In this document: positions 8,316-16,744 of the stretch, piece by piece
Layout: each line of letters starts with the position of its first letter
How positions within the stretch are numbered: the stretch's first letter is position 1
The notes under the pieces: generated by a model
Seen by the model: only the letters and a program-made list of their open reading frames with translations
What the model was told of the DNA's origin: nothing
Databases searched by the model: none
Translations under genes and position numbers: made by a program
Source of the DNA: an uncultured Acidobacteriota bacterium
Lineage (GTDB): Bacteria; Acidobacteriota; UBA6911; CAINFC01
Direction of reading: 5' to 3'
Length of the DNA: 64,000 nt
NCBI GenBank assembly: GCA_903847975.1
Contig: CAINFC010000294.1
Coordinates: 811 to 64,810, forward strand

Positions 8316-10079
8316 TCAGTATTCGCTGAAGGTCACCAGGTATGCGGCATCGAATTTCCGCAATACCTCCATGGCTGCGCGCTCCAGGTCCTCCTGAGGA
8401 AAGCGCCCCTTCAGGTCGGCAACCATGTCATCCAATCGCTGCTTGCCGGAGCTTTGCAGGAGGATTTCCCATTCCAGGGGCGAAAAAGGTTTCCCGTCCA
8501 GGTGGGGAACCTCGCCAATAAAAACCAGGTTCTTGCGGAGTTCCGTGGTCCGCAGAGGGTGAAACGCGCCGATTTTACCGGGGGGAATGTCCGCGAGCCG
8601 GACCGCCTCCCCGCGGGAAACCAGGCGGTAGTATTCCTCCAGGGCGGGATTCTCCGCGTACACCAGCGCTTTCCAGAGACTGGTCAAACCGTAGGAATAG
8701 TGCAGCCGGTAGCTGCTCAGAATTCTCTCATGGGGCACGCGTCCGCCTTGCAGGGCTTCCGACATGACCGTCCGGATATGGGCGGCAAGCCGGAGCCGCC
8801 GGGTCAGCACTTCTTCCGCGGTCTGCCCTTCGGGGACCACCAGCGGAAAATCGTCGACCGAGCTGCTTCCCTCGGGATCGAGGATTCTCAGGCCGAACCG
8901 CTGCGGGTTGGAGGTCACTTCCGTACCGGGATAGGGCCGGAGGAATCCGGTGCTGATATCCAGTGCGCCCGGGGCCATCTCCAGCAGCTGCCGGGTGCGC
9001 TGCAGCAGATTTTCAAACCTTTCCGGAGTCTCCAGCGGGCCGCCGACAATCAGGTTCCCGGCCACCTGCGGTATCCCGGCCTGCATGGCCTGGCGGACCA
9101 CGAATTCGATTTCCTCCACGGTGCCTTTTTTATTGTAAAGGTCCAGGACGTCCTGGTCGAGGCTCTCGATGCCGATCTGCAGCCGCGCCAGCCCTGCTTC
9201 GGCCAGCTCGGCGAGCATACCCGGGCGGCGGGCCAGCGGCTGGACGTGTCCTTCGCAGAACCAGACGAAATCGTGCTCCCGGTGCAGCCGGGCGATTTCC
9301 CGGCAGAAGGCGGTTACCCGCGCCGGGTCGGCGGTGAAGGTATCATCGGAGACATACAGGTAGCGCAGCCGGGGATTGCGGATGAGATTTTCCCGGATTT
9401 CGCGGATCACCTGGCCGATGTCCCGGTTGCGGACCTTCCGGCCGTGAGGGTCCTTGTAGCAGAAGGCGCAGGAGAAGGGGCACCCTCTTCCCGTGGAAAC
9501 GGTTCTCCCATAGGACGCCCCGGGAGTCAGGGAAAGGTGGTAGGCGGGAAAGGGAAGGGCATCCAGATCCTGCGGCGGAACGGCGTCTGCATTGCGGATG
9601 ACCTTGCCTCCGGAAAGGTAGGAAATGCCGGGAATTTCCGCAAGCGCCGGTTTTCCCCGGATCAGAAAGCCAACCAGGGCGGGCAGGATTTCTTCCGCCT
9701 CTCCGCGCACCGCGAAGGAGCAGCCGCACGTCCGGAAGAACTCCTCTCCCAGGGCGATGGCCTGCGGGCCGCCCACAATGGTTTTCCGCCGGTACTTGCG
9801 ACGCACCAGGCGGCACAGCTCCTCAACCGCAGTCCGGTTTTCAAAATCGCAGGAAAATCCGACGGCAATCAGACGCAGTTCGGCACAGAGCTTTTCCAGG
9901 ACGGCCGGAAACTCATGAGCCGGGCCATGGAAAACGCGGGCCTGGTAGCCCTGCTTTTCCAGGACGGCGGCCAGCAGAAAAAGACCCAGGAAGTCCGACG
10001 GCGGAGAGGGCGGGCCGGGGGCGGCCCGCCGCGTGTCGGCCAGGAGGATCGCCGGTGTTCGCGGATCAGAGGGGTGCAT
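8316..10079 (-). CDS. B12-binding (class B) radical SAM enzyme, paralog 4, with C-terminal RRE motif
   Basis: TGRGCPFSCAFCYKD. N-terminal B12-like domain (GFSCDFENR...IVGGPQAI). C-terminal FSPLEWEILLQSSGKQRLDDMV. ATG 10079 was chosen. The track ORF starts at TTG 10103. The start overlaps the paralog 5 stop by about 14 nt. Confidence 0.85.
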   Translation of the reverse strand: MHPSDPRTPAILLADTRRAAPGPPSPPSDFLGLFLLAAVLEKQGYQARVFHGPAHEFPAVLEKLCAELRLIAVGFSCDFENRTAVEELCRLVRRKYRRKTIVGGPQAIALGEEFFRTCGCSFAVRGEAEEILPALVGFLIRGKPALAEIPGISYLSGGKVIRNADAVPPQDLDALPFPAYHLSLTPGASYGRTVSTGRGCPFSCAFCYKDPHGRKVRNRDIGQVIREIRENLIRNPRLRYLYVSDDTFTADPARVTAFCREIARLHREHDFVWFCEGHVQPLARRPGMLAELAEAGLARLQIGIESLDQDVLDLYNKKGTVEEIEFVVRQAMQAGIPQVAGNLIVGGPLETPERFENLLQRTRQLLEMAPGALDISTGFLRPYPGTEVTSNPQRFGLRILDPEGSSSVDDFPLVVPEGQTAEEVLTRRLRLAAHIRTVMSEALQGGRVPHERILSSYRLHYSYGLTSLWKALVYAENPALEEYYRLVSRGEAVRLADIPPGKIGAFHPLRTTELRKNLVFIGEVPHLDGKPFSPLEWEILLQSSGKQRLDDMVADLKGRFPQEDLERAAMEVLRKFDAAYLVTFSEY

Positions 10080-11829
10080 AGGCCAGCCAGTATTTTTCCT
10101 CAAAGAGTCTCATTTTTTTCATACAGGTTCTGTCGAATTCCCGGCGCCTGCGGTACAGGCCGGCAAATTTCGGGTAGACGGCGTCCAGGACCGCCTGCAG
10201 GGTCAGCTTCCCGGTGGAGTGCAGCAGCAGGTCGAATTCCAGCGGGGAGAGCACGTAACGGCCGATAGCCGGATAGCCTTCCGAAAAATCGACATCGTGC
10301 CAGAGCTCCAGAATACGCTGCGGTCGCCATCCCGGGAGCTCGCCGCGGGGGATTTCGCGGGAGCGCCGGACGGCTCTCCTGGCAATCAGCGAATAATAGG
10401 GACTAAGAAAGGGAACCCGGTCGTAAACGACCCTTCTCCAGATGAAACTCTGGCGCTCGACCCGTTCCCGGAAAGCGTAGGCGATACGCTCGTGGGGTAC
10501 CTTCCCTTCACGAAACAGCTTCCACATGACCTCCACCATGGAATCGACCAGGTATTTCTGCCCCTGGGCAATCGCCTCGCGGTCCAGCCCGGTGCTTTCC
10601 GTCAGCGGGAAATCGGAAATAGCCGTTCCTCCGGAGGGGTCGAGGACTTTCAGCCCGAATTTTTCCGGCGTCCGGGTAATTTCCGTGCCGGGATAGGGCA
10701 TGACCGGGCTTGGCGAAATTTCAATGATTCCGGGGGCGGTCCGTATCAGCTTTTCGACGAAGCGGCAGTTCTGTCCGGTGATTTTCCCGGACTCAAAGGG
10801 TGCGCCGGTGAGAATGCAGGCAAAGATCTGCCGGACTCCGGCCTTTACGGCATTCCGGACGACCCGCAGCACCATGGCCGGGGTGATCTTTTTCCGGCAG
10901 GCGTCGAGCACCTTCCGGGAAGCCGATTCGATGCCGATCTGCAGCCGGACCAGGCCGGACGGCACCATCAGGTCCAGCATTTCCGGCCAGCGGTCCAGCC
11001 TTTCGACGTGCGCCTCGCAGTACCAGCGGAAGTTTTTCCGGGTGCGAAGCCTGGCCAGCCCGGCGCAGATTTCTCTCACCCGCTCCAGGGAAAGAGTGAA
11101 GGTATCGTCGGTAAAGGCGATGTAATCGACGACAGGATATCGTCCCAGAACGGTTTCTATTTCCTGGAGGATGCTCGGGACGCTTCGGAACCTGGCTCTG
11201 TATTTGGCGGCTCCCTCCTGGCAGAAGGCGCAGCGGTACGGGCAGCCGCGCCCGGTCATGATGTTGTATCGGGGCTGCAGGATATAGTCCGGGCACAGGT
11301 GATAGGCGGGCAGCGGGATCAGGTCGAGATCTTCGACGATTTCCCCCGGGCCGGTGGAAATCAGGCTCCCGTCCTCCCCAAGGTAGAGGAGCCCGGGAAT
11401 CTTCCTCCAGTCCGGGTCCGGCGACGGCAGGCACTGCAGCAGGCGGAGCAGGGGCACTTCCCCTTCTCCGACCACGGCCGCCAGGCAGCCGGTTCGCTTC
11501 AGGAACCGGGCGTCAAATCCGACGGCCTGCGGTCCGCCGAGCAGGACCGGCACAGCGAACTGACCGGCGATCCATGGGCCAAGCTCCTGAACTTCCACCT
11601 GATTTTCGAAATCGCAGTATAAGCCGACCGCCAGCAGATGCGACCCCTCGGCTTTTTCACGGATCAGGGCCATGGCCCGGATCGGCTCGCAGCTGTAGAT
11701 TTCCGGAGCGTAGCCATGCGTTTCCAGCCAGGAGCCGAGGCTCAGCAGGCCGCCCGGGATTTCCCAGGCAATCTCCATGCTGGAGGGGATGATCCGATGA
11801 ACGTTGAGCAGCAGTACGGTCTTGGTCAA
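10066..11829 (-). CDS. B12-binding (class B) radical SAM enzyme, paralog 5, with C-terminal RRE motif
   Basis: TGRGCPYRCAFCQEG. N-terminal VLLLNVHRI...GLYCDFENQ...LLGGPQAV. C-terminal LSPLEFDLLLHSTGKLTLQAVL. TTG start 11829 is preceded by AGAGGA 7 nt upstream. Confidence 0.85.
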   Translation of the reverse strand: MTKTVLLLNVHRIIPSSMEIAWEIPGGLLSLGSWLETHGYAPEIYSCEPIRAMALIREKAEGSHLLAVGLYCDFENQVEVQELGPWIAGQFAVPVLLGGPQAVGFDARFLKRTGCLAAVVGEGEVPLLRLLQCLPSPDPDWRKIPGLLYLGEDGSLISTGPGEIVEDLDLIPLPAYHLCPDYILQPRYNIMTGRGCPYRCAFCQEGAAKYRARFRSVPSILQEIETVLGRYPVVDYIAFTDDTFTLSLERVREICAGLARLRTRKNFRWYCEAHVERLDRWPEMLDLMVPSGLVRLQIGIESASRKVLDACRKKITPAMVLRVVRNAVKAGVRQIFACILTGAPFESGKITGQNCRFVEKLIRTAPGIIEISPSPVMPYPGTEITRTPEKFGLKVLDPSGGTAISDFPLTESTGLDREAIAQGQKYLVDSMVEVMWKLFREGKVPHERIAYAFRERVERQSFIWRRVVYDRVPFLSPYYSLIARRAVRRSREIPRGELPGWRPQRILELWHDVDFSEGYPAIGRYVLSPLEFDLLLHSTGKLTLQAVLDAVYPKFAGLYRRRREFDRTCMKKMRLFEEKYWLAYAPL

Positions 11830-11856
11830 AACAGGTCCTCTATGCCCTCCGAAGGG

Positions 11857-13623
11857 TCAATATCGTGTGAAGATCAGAAATTGCCGGTTCTCCAGCTCCT
11901 GCAGGATGCGGATCATTTCGACCTCGCTCTGCGGCCATTGCTCCTTCCATCTCCCCGAGCCCTCGTGCCGCTCGAGCAGCTCCCCGATGGAGAACTTTCC
12001 GGTACAGTAAAGGATCACCTGGTACTCCGCGGGGGTGATCGGCATGCCGAGCAGCTCCGGCGGCTCTTTCCGGAAATCGACCGTATTTCCCAGGTAGGGA
12101 ATACGCACCGGCCGCCAGAGGCGGAGCTCCTCCCGCGGAATTTCGCACAGGCTGCGGGCCGAGCTGCTGCCGAGCAATGTGAATCTCCGGTCGAAGTTTA
12201 CGTGCTGGGAGTACACCAGGCTGTGCCAGGTGCTCGATATCCCGTATCGGCGGTAGAGCTCGTAGTGCCGGCGGATCCGCGCATGGGGAACGCCTCCCTG
12301 AAAGGTCAGGTCCCACATCAGCTGCCGGATTTGCCGGGAAAACCGCCGCCGGCCTCCGGCGATATGCTCCCGGCTGAGGCCGGTAGTGGCCGCCACAGGG
12401 TAATCTCCGGTGGAGGTCACCGAAGCGCTGTCGACCGGCCGGATTCCGAACCGTTCGGGGGATTGCGTCATGGTGGTTCCCGGGAAAGGGGTGTACAGTG
12501 TGTGGGTAATGTCAAGCATGCCGGGAGCCCGCCGGAGCAGGCGGGTCACGAATTCTTCGGTTTCGGCCAGGGTCTCCGGGGTTTCCATGGCCCCGCCGAA
12601 AATGATATTCCCGCACAGCTGGGGCAGGTCCTGTTTGACGCAGAGGTCCACGACCTGTTCGATCTGGGTCAGATCGGTACTCTTGCCGTACAATTGCACG
12701 ACCTTTGCGGAGCCGGTTTCGATGCCAATCTGCATCCGCACCAGCCCGGCCTCGATCATTTCCGGCAGCATGTCCGGCCATTTTACGATCAGGCTGGGGT
12801 GCGCATCGCAGAACCATACGAAATCGTGCCGGCCCCGCAGCTCCTTCATGGCCCCGCAGAACTCGGTGACCCTGCGGGGATTCAGGGTGAAGGTGTCGTC
12901 GGCAAACCATACGTAGCGGATGCCCGGGGAATCCCGAAAGCCCTGCTCGATTTCCTCCCGCACGCTCTGTACGCTGCGCAGCCGCACGTTGCGGGTGTTT
13001 CCTCCTTCGAAGCAGAAGGCGCAGCGGAAAGGGCATCCCCGGCCGGTAAGCACCGCCAGGTTGGTTTTTTTGCCGGTCAGAGAAAATTCGGCCCGGGGAA
13101 CCGGCAGGGCATCCAGGTCTTCGATGGCCGGCCGGTCCGGAGTTCGGATCAGCTGCCCGGTGGCATCCAGAAAGGTAATGCCGGCGATTTCCTGCAGCGA
13201 TCCTTTGCCCTTCACAAAAAAATCCAGCAGCTCCGGAAGAGTCTGCTCTCCCTCTCCGCGCCCTACCGCATCGCAGAGAGAAGACCGGAGAAACCCGGCT
13301 TCCAGAAAATACCCCTGCGGCCCGCCGGCAAAGACGGGTACGGAGTACTTTCCTTTGGCGGTGCGGGCAAAGGATTCGACCACATTCTGGTTTTCATAGT
13401 CGCAGTAAAGGGCGATGGCCTGGACCCCTTCTTTCCGGTACATATTTTCGAGAAGGGGCAGGGCGTCGGTAATCGATCCGGTGAAAACCCGCGGGCAGTA
13501 GCCATGCCGGTCCAGGGCCGCCGCCAGGGTCATCAGCCCGATCGGCTCTACGTAGCGGTAGAACTGCTTGAAAGAGGCTCTCTGCAGGAAAAGCAATAAA
13601 ACTTTGGCAATACCCCTGGTCAT
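11857..13623 (-). CDS. B12-binding (class B) radical SAM enzyme, paralog 6, with C-terminal RRE-like motif
   Basis: TGRGCPFRCAFCFEG. N-terminal B12-like domain (ALYCDYENQ...FAGGPQGY). C-terminal ITPAEYQVILYCTGKFSIGELL. ATG 13623 (MTRGIAK...) has AAGGAAA immediately upstream. The track ORF extends to 13800, but that extension lacks homology to the paralog N-termini. An alternative ATG is at 13647. Confidence 0.85.
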   Translation of the reverse strand: MTRGIAKVLLLFLQRASFKQFYRYVEPIGLMTLAAALDRHGYCPRVFTGSITDALPLLENMYRKEGVQAIALYCDYENQNVVESFARTAKGKYSVPVFAGGPQGYFLEAGFLRSSLCDAVGRGEGEQTLPELLDFFVKGKGSLQEIAGITFLDATGQLIRTPDRPAIEDLDALPVPRAEFSLTGKKTNLAVLTGRGCPFRCAFCFEGGNTRNVRLRSVQSVREEIEQGFRDSPGIRYVWFADDTFTLNPRRVTEFCGAMKELRGRHDFVWFCDAHPSLIVKWPDMLPEMIEAGLVRMQIGIETGSAKVVQLYGKSTDLTQIEQVVDLCVKQDLPQLCGNIIFGGAMETPETLAETEEFVTRLLRRAPGMLDITHTLYTPFPGTTMTQSPERFGIRPVDSASVTSTGDYPVAATTGLSREHIAGGRRRFSRQIRQLMWDLTFQGGVPHARIRRHYELYRRYGISSTWHSLVYSQHVNFDRRFTLLGSSSARSLCEIPREELRLWRPVRIPYLGNTVDFRKEPPELLGMPITPAEYQVILYCTGKFSIGELLERHEGSGRWKEQWPQSEVEMIRILQELENRQFLIFTRY

Positions 13624-13645
13624 TTTCCTTGTTACCGGGATACCC

Positions 13646-13651
13646 ATTATA
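13646..13651 (-). promoter_or_regulatory. Candidate -10 box (TATAAT) upstream of rSAM paralog 6
   Basis: Minus strand reads ...cgtccagTATAATgggtatcccggtaacaAGGAAAATG. A perfect TATAAT lies 23-28 nt upstream of ATG 13623, within an AT-rich 100-bp gap after the hybrid HK gene. No good -35 was seen. Confidence 0.3.
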
Positions 13652-13726
13652 CTGGACGATCCATTTATTATGATTTCTTTTTTTCGTCGGCCGGGAATGG
13701 CGGAGTTCGAGCGGGTCCGCACGGCC

Positions 13727-15931
13727 TCAGGGCTGGTTCTTCTGCACCGTCCGCCGGTCGAGCAGCTGACGGATTTTTTGCAGAAGCACCTCGCGCTCAT
13801 AGGGCTTCTGGATCAGGTGCAGCTGTTCGTGGATCACGAAATCGGTATGGATGCCGCTCTGGCTGTAGCCGCTGGTAAACAGGATGGGGACCTCCGAGCC
13901 GGTGGCCCGGATCTGGTCCATGACCTCTTTCCCTCCCAGGTTAGGCATCATGACATCCAGCACCACCAGGTCGATCCGGTTCCGGTTCCGCTCGTAGATC
14001 TGGAGGGCTTCCAGGCCATCCGCAGCGGTCAGGACGGTGTAGCCGGCTTTGCGGAGAAAGGCCGCCTGGATGTGCAGAAGGGCGGTATCGTCCTCTGAAA
14101 TCAGGATGGTCTCTTTCCCGCCGGTCAGGGCCGGTTGGGAAGGGTTCGGCGATTTTTCGTTGGCGACCTCGACGATGGGCAGGTAAACCTGGAACACGCT
14201 GCCCTCTCCCGGCTTGCTGGAGGCGTGGATCAGGCCGTGATGCTGCTTGACGATTCCATACACGCTCGACAGGCCGAGTCCTGTCCCTTTTCCCAGGCCC
14301 TTGGTGGTAAAGAAGGGCTCAAAGACCTGGGCCAGCGTCGAGGCATCCATGCCGGCCCCGGTGTCCGCTACGCTCAAAAGAGCGTAGGCTCCCTCTTTGG
14401 CCCAGGCATTCAGGCTGCAAAACGACCGATCCAGAATTTCGGGACGGATTTCGATGGTGATCCGGCCGCCTTTGGGCATGGCATCCCGGGCGTTGATGCA
14501 GAGGTTGAGGAGAACCTGCTCCATCTGTCCCTTGTCGGCAAAAACATTGCCGGTCTTATGTCCGCTGACAACGCAGAGCTGGATGTTCTCTTCGATCAGC
14601 CGCCGGAGCATTTTCAGGACGCCCTGCACCAGGTCGTTCAGGTCCAGGTATACCGGGTGGATCACCTGGCGCCGGCTGAAGGCCAGGAGCTGACGGGTCA
14701 GGTCGGCAGCCCGCCGCCCGGCCGAGCTGATTTCCTCACATTCGCTCCAGGCCAGGGTGCCGGGCATAAGTTCCGACTGAAGGCTGTCGGCATTCATCAG
14801 GATCACCTGCAGCAGATTGTTGAAGTCGTGGGCCACTCCTCCGGCCAGATGTCCCACTGCTTCCATTTTCTGGGACTGGCGCAGCTGCTCCTCCAGGGTC
14901 TTCTGCTCCTCCTCCCTCTGCTTCCGTTCGGTGATGTCCTGGACAATACCGACGGATCGGACCGGTTCTCCCTGGGTATCGAATTCATTCCGGCCGATCG
15001 CCTTGACCCACTTGATCCGGCCGTCCTTCATGCGCAGCCGGTATTCGATTTCGAGAGGACGGTATTGGGAAACGGACAAGGTATAGGCTCGATGGACCAT
15101 ATCGCGGTCTTCCGGATGAATGCTTTCCAGGAAAGCTTCGTAGGTCGCTTCGAACCGCTTCGGGTCGATTTCGAAGAGCTCGAAAATTTCCGGCGGCCAT
15201 TGCATGCGGTTATCCTTCCGATCGAGGCTCCACATGCTCATTTTGGCAATCCGCTGCGCTTCCCGGAGATTGGCTTCGCTCTCCCGCAGCGACCGCTCCG
15301 CGTGCCGGCGGGCCTTCAGCTCCGCCTCCAGATCCTCCTTGGTCTTCACCAGGTCGGCGGTCCGCTCGCGTACCCGGACTTCCAGCCCGGCCTGCGCCCG
15401 GCGGAGCTCCTCCTCCTGTCTTTTTGCGGCGCTCATATCGGTAAGGATCAGGCAGACGGCCGTAATCTTATCTTCCATTTCCAGGGAAATGGCGGAAAGA
15501 AGCACCGGGACGGTCCCCTCCGGATCGACGGCCAGATTGAGCTCCAGGGCCTTTCCCGTGGCCAGATCCTCCCGGATCAGACGGTCAAAGGCCGGCCGGT
15601 CGGGGAGGGAAATCAGCGGGAGGAAGGAATTTCCGATGATCTGTTCCATCGGCTTGCGCAGCAAGGCCGCCAGGCTCCGGTTGCAGTACATGGTGCCGCC
15701 GTCCCGGGTCAGGATGGCCGCCCCCTCGTTCATGTTTTCCACCAGCAGGCGGTAGGTGCGCTCCGCATGCTGCAAGGTGAAGACGCGCTGACCCCCGGGG
15801 CCCGAAACGATCAGGGCGTCCACTTCGCCGCAGCGGATGGCATGCAGCGTATGCTCGGCCTCCTCCAGTCGGGCGCGAAGTTCCCGGATTTCCCGGTGAA
15901 GGCCTTGACTCGAAGATGGATTCCTGGTCAT
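13727..15931 (-). CDS. Hybrid sensor histidine kinase (PAS domains, HisKA, HATPase_c, C-terminal receiver)
   Basis: 734 aa. H-box HLAGGVAHDFNNLLQVI. ATPase G-boxes (DTGAGMD, GLGKGTGLGLS). C-terminal REC ILISEDDTALL...LVVLDVMMP. Coiled-coil and PAS segments are N-terminal. The start overlaps the kaiB stop by 4 nt (ATGA). Confidence 0.85.
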   Translation of the reverse strand: MTRNPSSSQGLHREIRELRARLEEAEHTLHAIRCGEVDALIVSGPGGQRVFTLQHAERTYRLLVENMNEGAAILTRDGGTMYCNRSLAALLRKPMEQIIGNSFLPLISLPDRPAFDRLIREDLATGKALELNLAVDPEGTVPVLLSAISLEMEDKITAVCLILTDMSAAKRQEEELRRAQAGLEVRVRERTADLVKTKEDLEAELKARRHAERSLRESEANLREAQRIAKMSMWSLDRKDNRMQWPPEIFELFEIDPKRFEATYEAFLESIHPEDRDMVHRAYTLSVSQYRPLEIEYRLRMKDGRIKWVKAIGRNEFDTQGEPVRSVGIVQDITERKQREEEQKTLEEQLRQSQKMEAVGHLAGGVAHDFNNLLQVILMNADSLQSELMPGTLAWSECEEISSAGRRAADLTRQLLAFSRRQVIHPVYLDLNDLVQGVLKMLRRLIEENIQLCVVSGHKTGNVFADKGQMEQVLLNLCINARDAMPKGGRITIEIRPEILDRSFCSLNAWAKEGAYALLSVADTGAGMDASTLAQVFEPFFTTKGLGKGTGLGLSSVYGIVKQHHGLIHASSKPGEGSVFQVYLPIVEVANEKSPNPSQPALTGGKETILISEDDTALLHIQAAFLRKAGYTVLTAADGLEALQIYERNRNRIDLVVLDVMMPNLGGKEVMDQIRATGSEVPILFTSGYSQSGIHTDFVIHEQLHLIQKPYEREVLLQKIRQLLDRRTVQKNQP

Positions 15932-16257
15932 TTTTTTCGCAAGTCAAGCCCGATGAGAACCTTGTCGGTGTCCGAAAGGTCCCCGATGATGCGCCGCAAG
16001 GGCAGCGGCAGTTTTTTAATGAGCGTCGGGGCAGCAATGATCTGCTCCCCCTCCGCCAGGGTCGGCTGCTGATAGATATCCACCACTTCCAGGGTGTAGC
16101 GGCCGTGCAGGTGCTCCTCGCAGATCTTGCGGATGTTGGCGATGGCCCGCACGGAACGGGGAGTAAGGCCGGTTACGAAGAGGCGTAAAACGTAATTGGA
16201 CGACTGGGTCCGGGTCAGCGCCTTTTCAAACGAAGCCGTCGCCGATCTGGTTTTCAT
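15928..16257 (-). CDS. kaiB: Circadian clock protein KaiB (copy 1)
   Basis: 109 aa. YVLRLFVTGLTPRSVRAI...LEVVDIYQQPTLAEGEQIIAAPTLIKKLPLPLRRIIGDLSDTDKVLIGLDL. Near-collinear match to cyanobacterial KaiB, including the RRIIGDLSD block. Confidence 0.85.
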   Translation of the reverse strand: MKTRSATASFEKALTRTQSSNYVLRLFVTGLTPRSVRAIANIRKICEEHLHGRYTLEVVDIYQQPTLAEGEQIIAAPTLIKKLPLPLRRIIGDLSDTDKVLIGLDLRKK

Positions 16258-16261
16258 GAGG

Positions 16262-16615
16262 TCAGTCTTCTCCCTTCGGCTTCAGGTCCAGCCCGACCAG
16301 CACGCGCTCCGTGTTGGACAGATTCCCGATGATCCTGCGCACCGGCGGGGGAAGCTTGCGGATCAGGGTAGGCAGGGCCACGATCTGATGGTCCTGGGCC
16401 AGTTGGGGGTTTTCGAGGAGGTCGATGATTTCGATCCGGTACTGCCAGCCAGCCAGGTTTTCCTCACAGATCCGGCGGAGGTTGGAAAAAGCCTCGAGGG
16501 ATTTGGGCGTCTGTCCGGCGACATAGAGCTGCAGGATCCAGACCTTGCTTCCGTCCCGCAATGGGCCTTTTGACCGGGATGTTTTCCGGGCGGCATCGGC
16601 CGCGATGTCCTTCAT
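16262..16615 (-). CDS. kaiB: Circadian clock protein KaiB (copy 2)
   Basis: 117 aa. [18 protein letters not shown]...[51 protein letters not shown]. Its stop is 4 nt from the start of kaiB copy 1. Confidence 0.85.
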   Translation of the reverse strand: MKDIAADAARKTSRSKGPLRDGSKVWILQLYVAGQTPKSLEAFSNLRRICEENLAGWQYRIEIIDLLENPQLAQDHQIVALPTLIRKLPPPVRRIIGNLSNTERVLVGLDLKPKGED

Positions 16616-16744
16616 GAAGTTCCTCTGCTTTCTTGAGAACCGTCATTGGGAAAAATGTTTGGATTCCCTTCGAGGGATGCGGAGGATTCCCCACCGGGAG
16701 AGAAGCGAATGCACTTCCCCGACCCCGGGAGATGCCTGCGCGCT

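Noticed and set aside
7930-8397. ORFs 7930..8316 (minus), 8027..8263 and 8074..8397 (plus) spanning the hexamer-repeat hairpin
   Set aside because: They translate the (CGCTAT)n repeat into IAIAIA/RYRYRY runs and overlap the precursor gene and promoter. They are better explained as noncoding regulatory DNA.
10033-13599. Plus-strand ORFs 10033..11622 (529 aa) and 11638..13599 (653 aa)
   Set aside because: Antisense to rSAM paralogs 5 and 6, which carry CxxxCxxC and B12-domain motifs.
13727-15931. SasA-like (KaiB-fold N-terminal) identity for the HK downstream of kaiB
   Set aside because: The N-terminus is coiled-coil/PAS rather than thioredoxin-like KaiB fold. It is called a generic hybrid HK output instead.
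14135-16072. 645-aa plus ORF
   Set aside because: Antisense to the hybrid histidine kinase (H-box, G-boxes and REC are on the minus strand).
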